A stretch of DNA of 64,000 bases from Bacteroidaceae bacterium (GCA_017617315.1 JAFZWM010000054.1:1-64000), one strand, 5' to 3'. Shown: positions 39,397-50,691, numbered from the stretch's first letter. The notes: generated by a model not told the origin, from the sequence alone. Numbers and translations: made by a program.

Positions 39397-39756
39397 ATGA
39401 AGAAGATGGTTTTAACAGCAGTAGCTGTATTTGGTTTCGCAGTAGCAGGTGTAGCAGCAGACAAGAACACTGTTAGCACAAAGATCAACGTAAACGCTGC
39501 TAAATTGAGCAACTATCTTGGTCTATCTGCATCACAGTACAGCGACGTTGAGGCAATCAGCGAGTATTTCGAGGACGAGATGGCAGCAGCTAATCACGCT
39601 TCAGACGCAAAGAAGGCAGCTAAGGTTCGCAAGGCAGTACGCAAGAACTGCAAGCTTATGAAGCAGACTCTTACTAAGGAGCAGTACAGCAAGTACCTGA
39701 GCGTAATCAACGCTACAATGACTAACAAGGGTCTTGACGAAATGATTAACGAATAA
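39397..39756 (+). CDS. small secreted protein, paralogue A (LTXXQ-motif, Spy/CpxP-like?)
   Basis: 119 aa. Signal peptide MKKMVLTAVAVFGFAVAGVAA. LTKEQ and LSASQ motifs. About 75% identical to the 44086-44454 product. Confidence 0.55.
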   Translation: MKKMVLTAVAVFGFAVAGVAADKNTVSTKINVNAAKLSNYLGLSASQYSDVEAISEYFEDEMAAANHASDAKKAAKVRKAVRKNCKLMKQTLTKEQYSKYLSVINATMTNKGLDEMINE

Positions 39757-39777
39757 TTTATTTCCTATTTATTGATA

Positions 39778-39822
39778 TAAATGCGGGGAGACATCCGAAA
39801 TGGATTTCTCCCCGTATTTTTT
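39778..39822. terminator. bidirectional terminator (cggggaga...tctccccg plus T-run) between paralogue A and the AbiH-like gene
   Basis: 8-bp GC-rich stem with a 15-nt loop, followed by T6. Confidence 0.6.
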
Positions 39823-41032
39823 ATGTAAGCGGTTCGCAATAGTATTTGTTTACCACTCTGTCTCTCATCAGTTTCGGGTCTTTGAAATTTCGACTGATGT
39901 TCTGAACAATTTCTATGTAATTATCCGAACCATCAGACCTCTTATGATAATACGGTTTTATCGAAATGCAATTTTCATGTTCGAATATTGTGTTGAGCAA
40001 AGTTCTGTCAGAATTGCCACACGAATGTCCCATTATGCAGACTTGAAAAGGAGCAGACTCAATAAACTGCAAGACTTTTCTATAATTATCCGCTTCCAGA
40101 TATTTTATACTCTTTACATTTTTAAGACATTCGTTATCATTCGACTCCTGAAGTTGTTTATACTTTTCGTCCAACTCATCTCCATAACCAAAAATCACAC
40201 TCTCCGGATTATCCAATTTGCCGTGGATATAGTTGACAGTAAAATATTCCTCTTTTTCAGGAATATACAAACTTGCAGTTTTGGTATAATTGAAACTTAA
40301 CAACATAATACTGTCAGCTTCCATTATATCAGATTTATTCCTTCTGGAACGGCTAAATTTTTCAGAATTGACATAATACATTCTGTAAATGCTATCCTCT
40401 AGATCATCAAAATTAGGATAAGATTCTTGAGCTTCACATAAGCACGATTCTCTATATTTCTCTATCATTCGTAATCTATCAACAGAAATATCCACAATAT
40501 CTATTGGAACATAAATTTTTTTCTTTATTTCCTCATTAAATTCTAATTTCCAACCATCAATTTCACCTAAATACTCAACTAACAACCCCTCCAAACAACG
40601 AAGTTGTTTATTCAATGATTTCAAATTGCCTTCATCTGGTTTATTTAATGAATATTCCTTCAACAACTCATAATATTCATATTCAATATCAGCCCATCCC
40701 TTTGTTTCGATACTTTTACAAATATTCTGAATTAATAATGACTCTCTAAAAACCAATTCAGTTCTTCTTTTTATTTTGCCTATATTTGTATTAATTTTTT
40801 CATATGCATTATCACCGACACAAGAACAATTATCGAAAATTTCAGACAAATAAAAATGTTCTGAACATTCAAAAGTACAAAGTTCATCCGACCATCTTGA
40901 TTTATTACAATTTTTCAACTGGTCTAATACCCCACTCCAATACCAACTAATAAAATCTTTATAACTAGTTTTAAGACCGTGGGCTAAATCGAAGCCATTA
41001 CCAATAAGTACTAATCTATTTATTCCATTCAT
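39821..41032 (-). CDS. AbiH-family abortive-infection (phage defence) protein
   Basis: 403 aa. N-terminus MNGINRLVLIGNGFDLAHGLKTSYKDFISWYW matches the characteristic AbiH (PF14253) start (IIGNGFDL-HGL-T-Y-DF). About 30% G+C. CAAAgaTA -7 box on the minus strand at about 41070. Confidence 0.65.
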   Translation of the reverse strand: MNGINRLVLIGNGFDLAHGLKTSYKDFISWYWSGVLDQLKNCNKSRWSDELCTFECSEHFYLSEIFDNCSCVGDNAYEKINTNIGKIKRRTELVFRESLLIQNICKSIETKGWADIEYEYYELLKEYSLNKPDEGNLKSLNKQLRCLEGLLVEYLGEIDGWKLEFNEEIKKKIYVPIDIVDISVDRLRMIEKYRESCLCEAQESYPNFDDLEDSIYRMYYVNSEKFSRSRRNKSDIMEADSIMLLSFNYTKTASLYIPEKEEYFTVNYIHGKLDNPESVIFGYGDELDEKYKQLQESNDNECLKNVKSIKYLEADNYRKVLQFIESAPFQVCIMGHSCGNSDRTLLNTIFEHENCISIKPYYHKRSDGSDNYIEIVQNISRNFKDPKLMRDRVVNKYYCEPLT

Positions 41033-41260
41033 AATCTATGACGTTTCAAGTTAAACAACATACAAAGATACTGTTTTTCACAACTCAGCAAATAGATAGG
41101 ACTGTATTTTTCCATTATGCAAACAAAAAATTCATAACATGGGCATAAGGCAAAAGAAACATTTTTGCCCAGCACAAACAATAATATCGACGAAGACAAT
41201 CGCCATACAACTTTGTTTTATTATATTTGCAACCATTCAATAATCAAAAAAACAAACAAA

Positions 41261-42202
41261 ATGGAACACATCAAATGTCTTATTATCGGCTCGGGGCCTG
41301 CGGGATTCACCGCTGCAATATATGCAGGCAGAGCCAACCTCAACCCTGTTGTTCTTGAAGGCTTGCAGCCGGGAGGACAGCTTACAACCACTACCGACGT
41401 GGAGAATTTCCCTGGCTATCCTGAAGGAATAGACGGCGTGGGATTGATGGAGGACTTGCGCAATCAGGCAAAGAAATTCGGCGCAGAGATTCGCGACGCC
41501 ATCGTTACGGCAGTAGATTTCGGCAAAGCTCCGTATGTAATCACACTCGACAACGGCAGTCAGGTTGAAGCTGACACCGTGATAATATCAACAGGAGCAT
41601 CGGCTAAATACCTCGGTCTGCCCGACGAGCAGAAATATGCCGGAAACGGCGTGAGCGCGTGCGCCACTTGCGACGGATTCTTCTACCGCAAGAAGGTTGT
41701 TGCCGTGGTGGGCGGCGGCGATACGGCATGCGAAGAGGCTTCGTACTTGGCAGGACTGGCTTCGAAAGTGTATCTTCTGGTTAGAAGAAACGAACTTAGA
41801 GCATCAGACATTATGCAGAAGCGCGTTCTGAACAATCCGAAAATCGAGGTTCTGTTCGAGCATCAGGCCGAAGGACTCTTCGGCGACACGGTTGTTGAGG
41901 GCATGCACCTGGTAAAGCGCAAAGGTCAGCCCGACGAGCAGCACTACGATGTGGCAATTGACGGTTTCTTCCTCGCCATTGGGCACAAGCCAAACTCCGA
42001 CGTTTTCAAGCCTTGGGTTAAGACCGACGAGACGGGCTACATCATAACAGAGAACGGCGGTCCGAAGACAGGCATCCCGGGAGTGTTTGCGGCTGGCGAT
42101 GTTGCCGACCCTCACTACCGACAGGCCATAACGGCGGCAGGAAGCGGCTGCAAGGCGGCTCTCGAGGCCGAACGCTATCTTGCTTCGCTCGAAAATTATT
42201 GA
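41261..42202 (+). CDS. trxB: thioredoxin-disulfide reductase
   Basis: Start moved to the ATG at 41261 (MEHIKCLIIGSGPAGF), downstream of the TAtaTTTG box at 41222. FAD-binding GSGPAG, redox CATCDG, NADPH-binding GGGDTA. Confidence 0.9.
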   Translation: MEHIKCLIIGSGPAGFTAAIYAGRANLNPVVLEGLQPGGQLTTTTDVENFPGYPEGIDGVGLMEDLRNQAKKFGAEIRDAIVTAVDFGKAPYVITLDNGSQVEADTVIISTGASAKYLGLPDEQKYAGNGVSACATCDGFFYRKKVVAVVGGGDTACEEASYLAGLASKVYLLVRRNELRASDIMQKRVLNNPKIEVLFEHQAEGLFGDTVVEGMHLVKRKGQPDEQHYDVAIDGFFLAIGHKPNSDVFKPWVKTDETGYIITENGGPKTGIPGVFAAGDVADPHYRQAITAAGSGCKAALEAERYLASLENY

Positions 42203-42481
42203 TAACAACAAAGAAATGTGAGAATCTGCGGTTCTCACATTTTTCTATTTTACACTTCTGCTTGTTCAGAAAATATACGAAAAACATAAACATTTTGTTT
42301 GCAAGATAAAAACTCGCCTAAAAACTTTGTTTCTCGGATTTTATGCTTACTTTTGCCATTATACCATAAGGGATTGAACTGAAAAAGGATGAAAAGAATG
42401 GCACACGCAAGTGGCGGATAACACTAAGATTTCCAAAAACTTGCATCCATAAAATTTACGAACCTGCTAATTTAATATTAA

Positions 42482-43726
42482 ATGAAAGCGAGACTACTGA
42501 TTATCGGCCTGCTGATTTCATCAGTCAGCCTATTTGCCCAGAAGAGCAGCGAGAGCCTGCAAAAAGCCAACGGACTGGCGCTGGTAAAGCAAAACGGCAA
42601 GTGCGGATTCATCGACACAACCGGAAAAATGGTCATCGAGCCGCAGTTCGAAAACGCATGGCATTTCTCGGCCAACGGATTGGCAGCCGCCAAACAGAAT
42701 AAGAAATGGGGATTCATCGACACATCGGGCAAGTTTGTAATAGAACCACAGTTCGACGATGTTTACGGATTCTCAGCCAACGGACTGGCTCGCGTTAAGC
42801 AGAAAGGCAAATGGGGAGCGATAGACAAGACAGGCAAGATTGTTATAAAACCGCAGTTTGCCATTGCCGAGGATTTCTCAGCCAACAATCTGGCAAAAGT
42901 AAAGTTGAAAGGCAAATGGGGCTATATCGACGCAACCGGAAAGACGGTTGTTGAACCGCAGTTCAGAACGCTCGGCGACTTCTCGGCCAACGGATTGGCA
43001 AAGATCGAGGTGAAAAGCAAATGGGGCTACATCGACCAAAGCGGAAAAATTGTTATCGAACCGCAGTTCAGCCACGCAGGAGACTTTTCGGCAAACGGAC
43101 TAGCGGTTATCGTCCAGAACGAGAAATACGGTTTCATCGGCACGGACGGCAAGATTGCCATTGAACCTCATTTTACGTTTGCCGCCGATTTTTCGGACTG
43201 CGGTCTGGCTGCCGTGGTTATTAACGAAAGATGCGGCTACATTGACCAAAACGGAAAGGTTGCCATTGAGCCGAAATACGATTTTGCCGGAGATTTTCAG
43301 AAAAACGGATGGGCAATGATCGAGCTTAACGGCAAAAGAGGCTACATTGACACAAACGGGAAAACCGTTGTTGAACCGCAGTTTGAACATGCTCACGGGC
43401 ACACCACCAACGGATTGATTGAGGTGAAGCTGAACGACAAATACGGCTACATAGACCAAAGCGGAAAGATTGCCATCGAACCGAAATTCGACAATCCACT
43501 GCATTTCTCGCCTATCGGACTGGCAAGATTCAAGCAAGACGACAAATTCGGCTATGTTGACCAAAGCGGAAAAGTTGTGATTGAACCGCAGTTTGGCAAT
43601 GCCGGAACATTCTCGACAAACGGTTTGGCAAGCGTAGAGCTAAACGGAAAATACGGCTATATCGACACCACCGGAAAATTCGTCATCCAGCCACAGTTCG
43701 ACTTTGCTGATTCTTTCCCATTCTAA
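42482..43726 (+). CDS. secreted WG-repeat (KWG) protein
   Basis: Signal peptide. About 17 tandem units of GK/KWGFID-x-GK-VIEPQF-x-A-x-FS-NGLA. Confidence 0.8.
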   Translation: MKARLLIIGLLISSVSLFAQKSSESLQKANGLALVKQNGKCGFIDTTGKMVIEPQFENAWHFSANGLAAAKQNKKWGFIDTSGKFVIEPQFDDVYGFSANGLARVKQKGKWGAIDKTGKIVIKPQFAIAEDFSANNLAKVKLKGKWGYIDATGKTVVEPQFRTLGDFSANGLAKIEVKSKWGYIDQSGKIVIEPQFSHAGDFSANGLAVIVQNEKYGFIGTDGKIAIEPHFTFAADFSDCGLAAVVINERCGYIDQNGKVAIEPKYDFAGDFQKNGWAMIELNGKRGYIDTNGKTVVEPQFEHAHGHTTNGLIEVKLNDKYGYIDQSGKIAIEPKFDNPLHFSPIGLARFKQDDKFGYVDQSGKVVIEPQFGNAGTFSTNGLASVELNGKYGYIDTTGKFVIQPQFDFADSFPF

Positions 43727-44085
43727 GAACCCGGAATCAGACTAACACCATATTATATAAAGCGTGAGGAAATCCGTCGTTGGGCACAAAGCTGCCGACG
43801 ACGGATTTTTTTTGCCTTCCCCCCACTTCTTATATAGTAATTCAGCAAGCAAATACCGTAAACATCAAAAGTAGCACAAAAAAGTCGCTTTTTATACCAT
43901 ATTTATGTTATTAAACATAGTTATTATTGATTTGAATCAATAAAACGCGCATTTTATGTTAAAAAACATAGTTTTATTTCATATTTCTCAAAAGTCGTCG
44001 TATCTTTGCATTGTCAAACAGAGAGATACTGAATGACAAAACAAAAAAATGTGATAATTAACAAGAAGAATAAAAACTTTAAAAA

Positions 44086-44454
44086 TTGAAGAAAATGAAG
44101 AAGATGGTTTTAACAGCAGCAGCTGTATTTGGTTTCGCAGTAGCAGGTTTCGCAGCAGACAACAACACTGTTAGCACAAAGGTTAATGTAAACACTGCAA
44201 AGTTGAGCGAGTATCTTGGTCTTACAGCAGCACAGTACGATGATGTAGAGGCAATCAACGAGTACTTCGAGAACGAGATGGCAGCAGCAGACAGAGCTTC
44301 TGAGGATAAGAAGGCTAACAAGGTTCGCAAGGCTGTTCTTAGCAACTGCAAGTTGATGAAGGAGACTCTTTCTAAGGAGCAGTACAACAAGTACTTGAAT
44401 GTGATTAACGCTACAATGACTAACAAGGGTTTGAACGGAATGGTAAATGAATAA
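44086..44454 (+). CDS. small secreted protein, paralogue B (LTXXQ-motif)
   Basis: 122 aa. Same architecture as 39397-39756. Promoter/operator block duplicated (-7 box at 44001-44008). Confidence 0.55.
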   Translation: MKKMKKMVLTAAAVFGFAVAGFAADNNTVSTKVNVNTAKLSEYLGLTAAQYDDVEAINEYFENEMAAADRASEDKKANKVRKAVLSNCKLMKETLSKEQYNKYLNVINATMTNKGLNGMVNE

Positions 44455-44635
44455 AATTTTCTTATTGATATTAGACAATTAAAGGTAGGAGTCCTAAGAT
44501 AGACTTTCTACCTTTTTTTGTGTTCATACGCCTCTGATCAAAAACTTGAATAAACTTTATATATTTTACTTTCTGAGCACATCGGCCGTTTTGGCTGTAC
44601 GATCCAATCAATAAAATTATTGTTATATAAAACAG

Positions 44636-44668
44636 AAAAAAGGAACGACAATTCGTTCCTTTTTTCTG
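44636..44668. terminator. bidirectional terminator (ggaacg-acaatt-cgttcc) before the SGNH hydrolase gene
   Basis: A6-hairpin-T6. Confidence 0.65.
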
Positions 44669-44670
44669 TT

Positions 44671-45396
44671 TTATTCATATATGTAAGACTTTATCATTTT
44701 AGCCCATCTGTCATAGGCTGGCTGAGTAAGGTGAACTCCATCATAAGATAAAGAATCAGGGAGAACACCATTTTCAATATAAACGCTGTTAAGGTCTATA
44801 TACTTACAATTATGCTTCTTCGCACATTTTTCAATCAAGACATTGGTCTCTTTTATTACATCGTTTGACGCATATAATTTTTCTTTCACACGATTTACTG
44901 GAAGAATACTCTGAACATAAATCTTGGCATTAGGCAGCGAATCTTGAATAAGATTGAGCAGTTTGTCATAACGTTCGGCTATAGTTTCAGGCGAGCTACG
45001 GTGAAGGTCGTTTATACCAGCCATGACAAAAACCTTATCTGGATTAACAGACTGAAGTATCGGCAATCTTCTAATCATGCCGTCAATTCTATCGCCGTGC
45101 AAACCAAATTCTGCAATCTTTACATCAGTAAAATAATTCTGAAAGTTACTATCTGCCGTAATAGAATTCCCAAAGAAAGCAACATCAGCCTTGTAATTTA
45201 ATTTCTTTACGCAAGCAGCCCAATCTACGATAAAATAATGCCCAGGGCGTTTATTTTCATCCAAATTATACACCCCCATAACAGTCAGCATTTCCCGCAC
45301 ATTATGAGTCCTTACTTCATAGAAACAGACAACGCCCGCAAGCATAATGTTGGCAAACAATGATATACCAAGCATTGACTTGATGTTTTTTTGCAA
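44671..45396 (-). CDS. SGNH/GDSL-family hydrolase
   Basis: N-terminal TM/signal segment. Block I FFGNSIT (GDSx-like). Block V DGVHLT. Confidence 0.7.
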   Translation of the reverse strand: MQKNIKSMLGISLFANIMLAGVVCFYEVRTHNVREMLTVMGVYNLDENKRPGHYFIVDWAACVKKLNYKADVAFFGNSITADSNFQNYFTDVKIAEFGLHGDRIDGMIRRLPILQSVNPDKVFVMAGINDLHRSSPETIAERYDKLLNLIQDSLPNAKIYVQSILPVNRVKEKLYASNDVIKETNVLIEKCAKKHNCKYIDLNSVYIENGVLPDSLSYDGVHLTQPAYDRWAKMIKSYIYE

Positions 45397-45572
45397 AATT
45401 TATTCATTTTCCTTCTTAATTATTGTGATTTATTAGCAAAAATAAAAAAATTTTTTTTTTCATACAAAAGAACACAAGATTATTCAAAAAAAGTGGAGTA
45501 CTCTCTACGAGCACTCCACTCAAAGTGAACAATAAAACTATACTTATTCTAAAACGAATTTTCTTTTTTAGA

Positions 45573-48068
45573 CTATCCGAGAACGACCTCGACAGTATGC
45601 TTGCCGGCTGAGTACGGAACACTGTTTCCGTCGATGCTCTTGCCGTCCAAGACAAGCTGCTTTACGCCCTTCTGCACAGCATTAGGGTTAGACACCTTGA
45701 TTGTATATTCGGCATCGCGATACTTACGAGTAACCGTATATTCCTTCATTGCCGAAGGGATGCAAGGGTCAATCTGCAAACCGTTGTACGATGGCTTGAC
45801 ACCAAGGATGAACTGCGTAATGGTGTACCAGTTCCAGGCTGCCGTACCGGTGAGCCATGAGTTCTTGCCCTCGCCCGGCTTTGCAGCGTCCTTGCCTGCC
45901 ACCATCTGCGAATATACGTATGGCTCAACCTTGTGCAGAGTCTGGTCTTTGATGAACGCCGGACAAATCTTTGTATAATGCTCCCACGCATCGTTGCCGC
46001 GTCCGGCTACTGTCTCGCCAATTATTACCCAAGGGTTGTTGTGGCAGAAGATTCCGGCATTCTCTTTGTAACCAGCCGGATAAGACGAAATCTCGCCCAT
46101 CTCTACATGATAAGTTGTATATGCCGGCCAGTTAAGAACCATTCCATGCTCGCAGTCGAGATATTTCTTGCAAGAGTCGAGAGCCTTGTCTACCATGCCA
46201 TCTTCGAGACCGATGCCTGCCATTGTGCAGAAGCCCTGACTTTCGATGAAAATCTTACCCTCTTCGTTTTCCTTCGAGCCAATCTTGTTGCCGTAGTAGT
46301 CGTAGGCGCGCAAGTACCACTCGCCGTCCCATCCGTGCTTCTTAACAGCCTCAACCATCGAGTCTATGCACTTCTGAGCGCGTGCAGCCTCGTCGGTCTT
46401 GCCCAACTGACGGCAAAGCTCAACATAATCCTTTCCGCAGACTACGAACAAGCCGGCAATCATCAAGCTCTCGGCCTTTGTGCCCTCAGTTTTGTTCTCT
46501 GTTGTCTGGAAACTTTCGTTAGGATCCCATGAGAAGCAGTTGAGGTTCAGACAGTCGTTCCAGTCGGCACGACCAATGAGCGGAAGCATGTGCGGACCAA
46601 GATTCTCGACAACATGGTTGAACGAGATGCGCAAGTGCTCGAAGAGCGAAACCTCGCTGCCTGGTTGATTGTCCCAAGGCACAAGTTCGTCGAGTATGCT
46701 GAAGTCGCCTGTCTCTTTTATGTATGCCACTGTGCCGAAGATGAGCCACATAGGGTCGTCGTTGAAACCGCCGCCGATGTCGTTGTTTCCGCGCTTTGTG
46801 AGTGGCTGATACTGATGATAGCAGCCACCGTCGGGGAACTGTGTAGAGGCTATGTCGATGATGCGCTCGCGTGCACGGCTTGGCACCTGATGCACGAAGC
46901 CCACAAGGTCTTGGTTAGAGTCGCGGAAGCCCATTCCACGTCCGATGCCGCTCTCGAAGAACGATGCCGAGCGTGAGAAATTGAAGGTTATCATGCACTG
47001 GTACTGATTCCAGATGTTGACCATGCGGTCGAGACGCTCGTCGCCCGACTTGACTGTGTATTTGTCGAGCAGTTCGTCCCACTGTTTCTTCAGTTCGTCG
47101 AAGGCCTTGTCTACAGCCTCAACAGTGGCAAAACGTGCGATTGTCTCCTTCGCCTTCTTCTTGTTTACCAGCGTCACATCGCTTGCCTGCGACGAAATAA
47201 GCTCGCCGCTCTTCTTGCGTGCAATCTCGCTCTGGTCGAACTTCTCGTCCTGTTCGTTCTCGACATATCCGAGGAGGAAAATCAAATCCTTGCTCTCGCC
47301 CGGCTTCAGTTCAACCTCTATATAGTGCGATGCTATCGGACTCCATCCGTGTGCCAGACTGTTGCTTGGCTTGCCGTCCATCACACACTGAGGGTTGGCA
47401 AACTCGTTATACAGCCCGATGAAGCTCTCGCGGTCGGTGTCGTAGCCCTGAACAGGCACGTTTACCGAATAGTATGCGTAGTGATTTCGGCGTTCCTTGT
47501 ATTCGGTTTTATGATAGATGACGCTGCCGTCAATCTCAACCTCGCCAGTAGAGAAGTTGCGCTGGAAGTTCTCCATGTCGGTGGCAGCATTCCACAAGCA
47601 CCACTCGGCAAACGAGAAGAGCTTAATCTTCTTTGTCTGTGCAGATGTGTTCTTGAGGGTAAGCTTCTGCACCTCGGCCCACGTCTTGAGCGGAACGAAG
47701 AAGAGCACGCTTGCCTCTATGCCGTTTTTCTTTCCGGTAATGCGTGTGTAGTTCATGCCATGACGGCACTCATACTCGTCGAGCGGAGTCTTACAAGGCT
47801 TCCATCCCGGATTCCACACCACGCCATTGTCGTTTATATAGAAATAGCGGCCGCCGTTGTCCATCGGCACACCGTTGTATCTGTATCGGGTTATACGGCG
47901 GAACTTGGCATCTTTGTAGAATGAATATCCGCCTGCGGTATTAGATATAAGTGAAAAAAAGTCCTCGTTGCCAAGATAATTTATCCAAGGCCAAGGTGTT
48001 TTTGGGTCTGTAATGACATACTCGCGTTCTTTGTCGTCAAAATGACCAAAGACTTTATTTTTCTCCAT
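45573..48068 (-). CDS. glycoside hydrolase family 94 phosphorylase (cellobiose / cellodextrin / chitobiose phosphorylase-like)
   Basis: Start moved to the ATG at 48068 ([12 protein letters not shown]), downstream of a minus-strand -7 box (plus-strand caaaatta at 48105-48112); the listed ORF start at 48116 lies upstream of that box. [58 protein letters not shown] aligns closely with Cellvibrio cellobiose phosphorylase. Confidence 0.75.
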   Translation of the reverse strand: MEKNKVFGHFDDKEREYVITDPKTPWPWINYLGNEDFFSLISNTAGGYSFYKDAKFRRITRYRYNGVPMDNGGRYFYINDNGVVWNPGWKPCKTPLDEYECRHGMNYTRITGKKNGIEASVLFFVPLKTWAEVQKLTLKNTSAQTKKIKLFSFAEWCLWNAATDMENFQRNFSTGEVEIDGSVIYHKTEYKERRNHYAYYSVNVPVQGYDTDRESFIGLYNEFANPQCVMDGKPSNSLAHGWSPIASHYIEVELKPGESKDLIFLLGYVENEQDEKFDQSEIARKKSGELISSQASDVTLVNKKKAKETIARFATVEAVDKAFDELKKQWDELLDKYTVKSGDERLDRMVNIWNQYQCMITFNFSRSASFFESGIGRGMGFRDSNQDLVGFVHQVPSRARERIIDIASTQFPDGGCYHQYQPLTKRGNNDIGGGFNDDPMWLIFGTVAYIKETGDFSILDELVPWDNQPGSEVSLFEHLRISFNHVVENLGPHMLPLIGRADWNDCLNLNCFSWDPNESFQTTENKTEGTKAESLMIAGLFVVCGKDYVELCRQLGKTDEAARAQKCIDSMVEAVKKHGWDGEWYLRAYDYYGNKIGSKENEEGKIFIESQGFCTMAGIGLEDGMVDKALDSCKKYLDCEHGMVLNWPAYTTYHVEMGEISSYPAGYKENAGIFCHNNPWVIIGETVAGRGNDAWEHYTKICPAFIKDQTLHKVEPYVYSQMVAGKDAAKPGEGKNSWLTGTAAWNWYTITQFILGVKPSYNGLQIDPCIPSAMKEYTVTRKYRDAEYTIKVSNPNAVQKGVKQLVLDGKSIDGNSVPYSAGKHTVEVVLG

Positions 48069-48225
48069 AAATAAGCAATATTTATTTGTTGTTATAGATG
48101 TTGCAAAATTATACATTAGGCATCATATATTATTTGCACTGATTATCAAAAAATGATGCTTTTTGACTACAATATAAAAAATTAGCATTATCTTTGCGCC
48201 CAACAAAAATTAGGATTTATTTTTT

Positions 48226-49086
48226 ATGGCTTATAATTTATTAAAAGGTAAAAGAGGCATCATCTTTGGTGCTCTTAACGAGCAGTCAATCGCTTGGAAG
48301 GTTGCCGAGCGTGCAGTAGAAGAAGGTGCAGAGATTGTACTTACAAACACTGCTGTTGCCATTCGTATGGGAACTATTGACCAGCTTGCAGAAAAAACAA
48401 AGGCTACTGTAATTGCAGCCGACGCAACAAGCGTTGCCGACCTTGAGAACTTGTTTACAGAGGCTCAGAAGGCACTAGGTGGTAAGATTGATTTCGTTCT
48501 TCACAGCTGCGCAATGAGCGCAAACATGCGCAAGAAGCGTACATACGACGACCTTGACTACGATTTATTGAATAAGACATACGATATCAGCGCCATCTCA
48601 TTCCACAAGATGCTTCAGGTTGCAAAGAAGCTTGATGCAATCTCTGAGGGTGGTTCTGTTCTTGCCCTTACTTATGTTGCTGCACAGCGTACATTCTTCG
48701 GCTACAACGATATGGCAGATGCCAAGTCTCTGCTCGAAAGCATCGCACGCAGCTTCGGCTACATCTACGGCCGCGAGAAGGGCGTTCGTGTGAACACTAT
48801 CTCACAGAGCCCTACAATGACTACTGCCGGCGGCGGCATCAAGGGCTTCGACGGTCTGTTCGACTTTGCCGACCGTATGTCTCCTCTTGGCAATGCAAGT
48901 GCTGACGACTGCGCAGACTACTGCATCACTATGTTCAGCGACCTTACAAAGAAGGTTACAATGCAGACTCTTTACCACGACGGCGGCTTCTCTAACATGG
49001 GTATGTCGCTCCGCGGTATGACTCAGTATCAGAAGAGCTTCATCGACGAGAACCGCGACGAGAACGGCAAGATTATCTACGGATAA
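48226..49086 (+). CDS. fabI: enoyl-[acyl-carrier-protein] reductase (NADH)
   Basis: LKGKRGIIFGALNEQSIAW Rossmann start. Catalytic Y...K region. Confidence 0.9.
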   Translation: MAYNLLKGKRGIIFGALNEQSIAWKVAERAVEEGAEIVLTNTAVAIRMGTIDQLAEKTKATVIAADATSVADLENLFTEAQKALGGKIDFVLHSCAMSANMRKKRTYDDLDYDLLNKTYDISAISFHKMLQVAKKLDAISEGGSVLALTYVAAQRTFFGYNDMADAKSLLESIARSFGYIYGREKGVRVNTISQSPTMTTAGGGIKGFDGLFDFADRMSPLGNASADDCADYCITMFSDLTKKVTMQTLYHDGGFSNMGMSLRGMTQYQKSFIDENRDENGKIIYG

Positions 49087-49194
49087 TCTGTTCTGAAAAG
49101 AATAAGGCTAATATCGCTATTTTCAAGATAGCACTTTAAATAATAGTGCCCCACATTGTAAAAGATGTAGGGCGCTTTATTTTATAAGGTATAT

Positions 49195-50691
49195 TCAGGC
49201 TTCGCCGATAATCTCTTTGAAATGTTTGAACTCGCGATGCTTTCGGTACAATTCAACTGATTCTGCCGGAACATAAAGGGTGCAGGAGGAGACATCAAAG
49301 TCCTCAAACACATCACTGTCAAACTTTATCTTCTTTGGGTTCTCTACCAGAATGTGTATCTCCTTCAGTTTTCCGCAGAACTCGAATGCAGCGTGCATAA
49401 TCTTCTTCAGAGTTCCGGGAATTGTCAATGACGTTAATTTAGGGCACAGACTGAATGCATACTCGCCTATATATTCAAGATTGTCGGGCAATGTGATTGA
49501 AGTCAAGCCCTTGCAGCAATAAAAGGCTTCGCCAACAATTCGCCTTACATTGTTCGGTATCTCGTATGCGCCCTTCACGCGCTTTGGCATATACACAAAC
49601 ATATCGTTGATTATTACCGGCTCATTCCATTTTAATTTTGTGTCACAATAGAAAGGACAATCTCCTATATTCTTAACAGTTTCAGGGATTTCAACAGACC
49701 TTAATTTTTTACATTCTTCAAAAGCATAGGCTCCGATAAACTTTACAGAATCAGGAATCTTTATGGAAGTAAGTTTAGAACATCCACAAAAGGCATAATC
49801 TTCTATCCTTGTTACAGAATCGGGGATATTAACAGAAGTCAAAGACTCGCAGCATTCAAAACTGAACTCTCCTATTACCTTTAGGCTATCTGGCAGTTTT
49901 ACAGACTTTAAGTTTTCGTTACATTGAAAAGCATCAACAATTCGTTTTACGCCATCAGGCACAACATATTCTTTTAAATCCTCTGGAACAAAGACAAGAG
50001 TATCGTTTACCACTATCGGCTCTTTTAATTCGCTACAGCCATAAAAGACAGAACTGCCAAATTCAGTCAGCGAATCGGGGATTACAATAGAAGTCAAATC
50101 CGAACAAGAACTAAAGGCATAATCATCTATCTTTTTCACAGAATCGGGAATTACCACCGAAGTCAAAGACCTACATCCACAAAACGCATTGTAGCCAATT
50201 TCTGTAACAGAATCTGGAATAACTACCGACGTTAGTCCTTCGCATTCCGCAAAAGCGTCTTCACCAATCTCCGTAACTGTATTTGGAATTTCAACGGATG
50301 TTATGTTGTCACAATACGCAAATGCACCGCCAATAATACGCTTAACGCCATGGGGAATAACAAAAGTGCCAACAATATCTTTTGACACAAGGACAAGCAT
50401 ATCATCGACTATTATCGTGTCGTTCAGCGCAGTACACTCGTTAAAAACACGTTCTTCTATTTCTTTAACAGAATCAGAAATAGCCACCGATTTTAATGAC
50501 GTACATCTAGAAAAGGCATAATTTCCGATAAATTCAACAGACGAAGGGATAACTACGGAAGTCAAACCCTCGCAATCGGCAAAGGCATCCTGCCGAAACT
50601 TGACAACGGTATCAGGAACGACATATTCTCCCACTATTCCTGTTGCCTTTACAAGAGTCTTTTTATCTCTGCTAAACTTTACTTTCCCCAT
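49195..50691 (-). CDS. BspA-type leucine-rich-repeat protein (LRR_5), no signal peptide
   Basis: 498 aa. About 12 repeats of ...C-x-x-LTSVVIPDSVTEIG-x-x-AF.... Confidence 0.75.
   Translation of the reverse strand: MGKVKFSRDKKTLVKATGIVGEYVVPDTVVKFRQDAFADCEGLTSVVIPSSVEFIGNYAFSRCTSLKSVAISDSVKEIEERVFNECTALNDTIIVDDMLVLVSKDIVGTFVIPHGVKRIIGGAFAYCDNITSVEIPNTVTEIGEDAFAECEGLTSVVIPDSVTEIGYNAFCGCRSLTSVVIPDSVKKIDDYAFSSCSDLTSIVIPDSLTEFGSSVFYGCSELKEPIVVNDTLVFVPEDLKEYVVPDGVKRIVDAFQCNENLKSVKLPDSLKVIGEFSFECCESLTSVNIPDSVTRIEDYAFCGCSKLTSIKIPDSVKFIGAYAFEECKKLRSVEIPETVKNIGDCPFYCDTKLKWNEPVIINDMFVYMPKRVKGAYEIPNNVRRIVGEAFYCCKGLTSITLPDNLEYIGEYAFSLCPKLTSLTIPGTLKKIMHAAFEFCGKLKEIHILVENPKKIKFDSDVFEDFDVSSCTLYVPAESVELYRKHREFKHFKEIIGEA

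Noticed and set aside
42878-43564. 154-aa and 65-aa minus-strand ORFs
   Set aside because: Antisense to the WG-repeat gene; the repeat periodicity creates long shadow frames.
45933-47924. Several 100-200-aa plus-strand ORFs
   Set aside because: Antisense to the GH94 phosphorylase gene.
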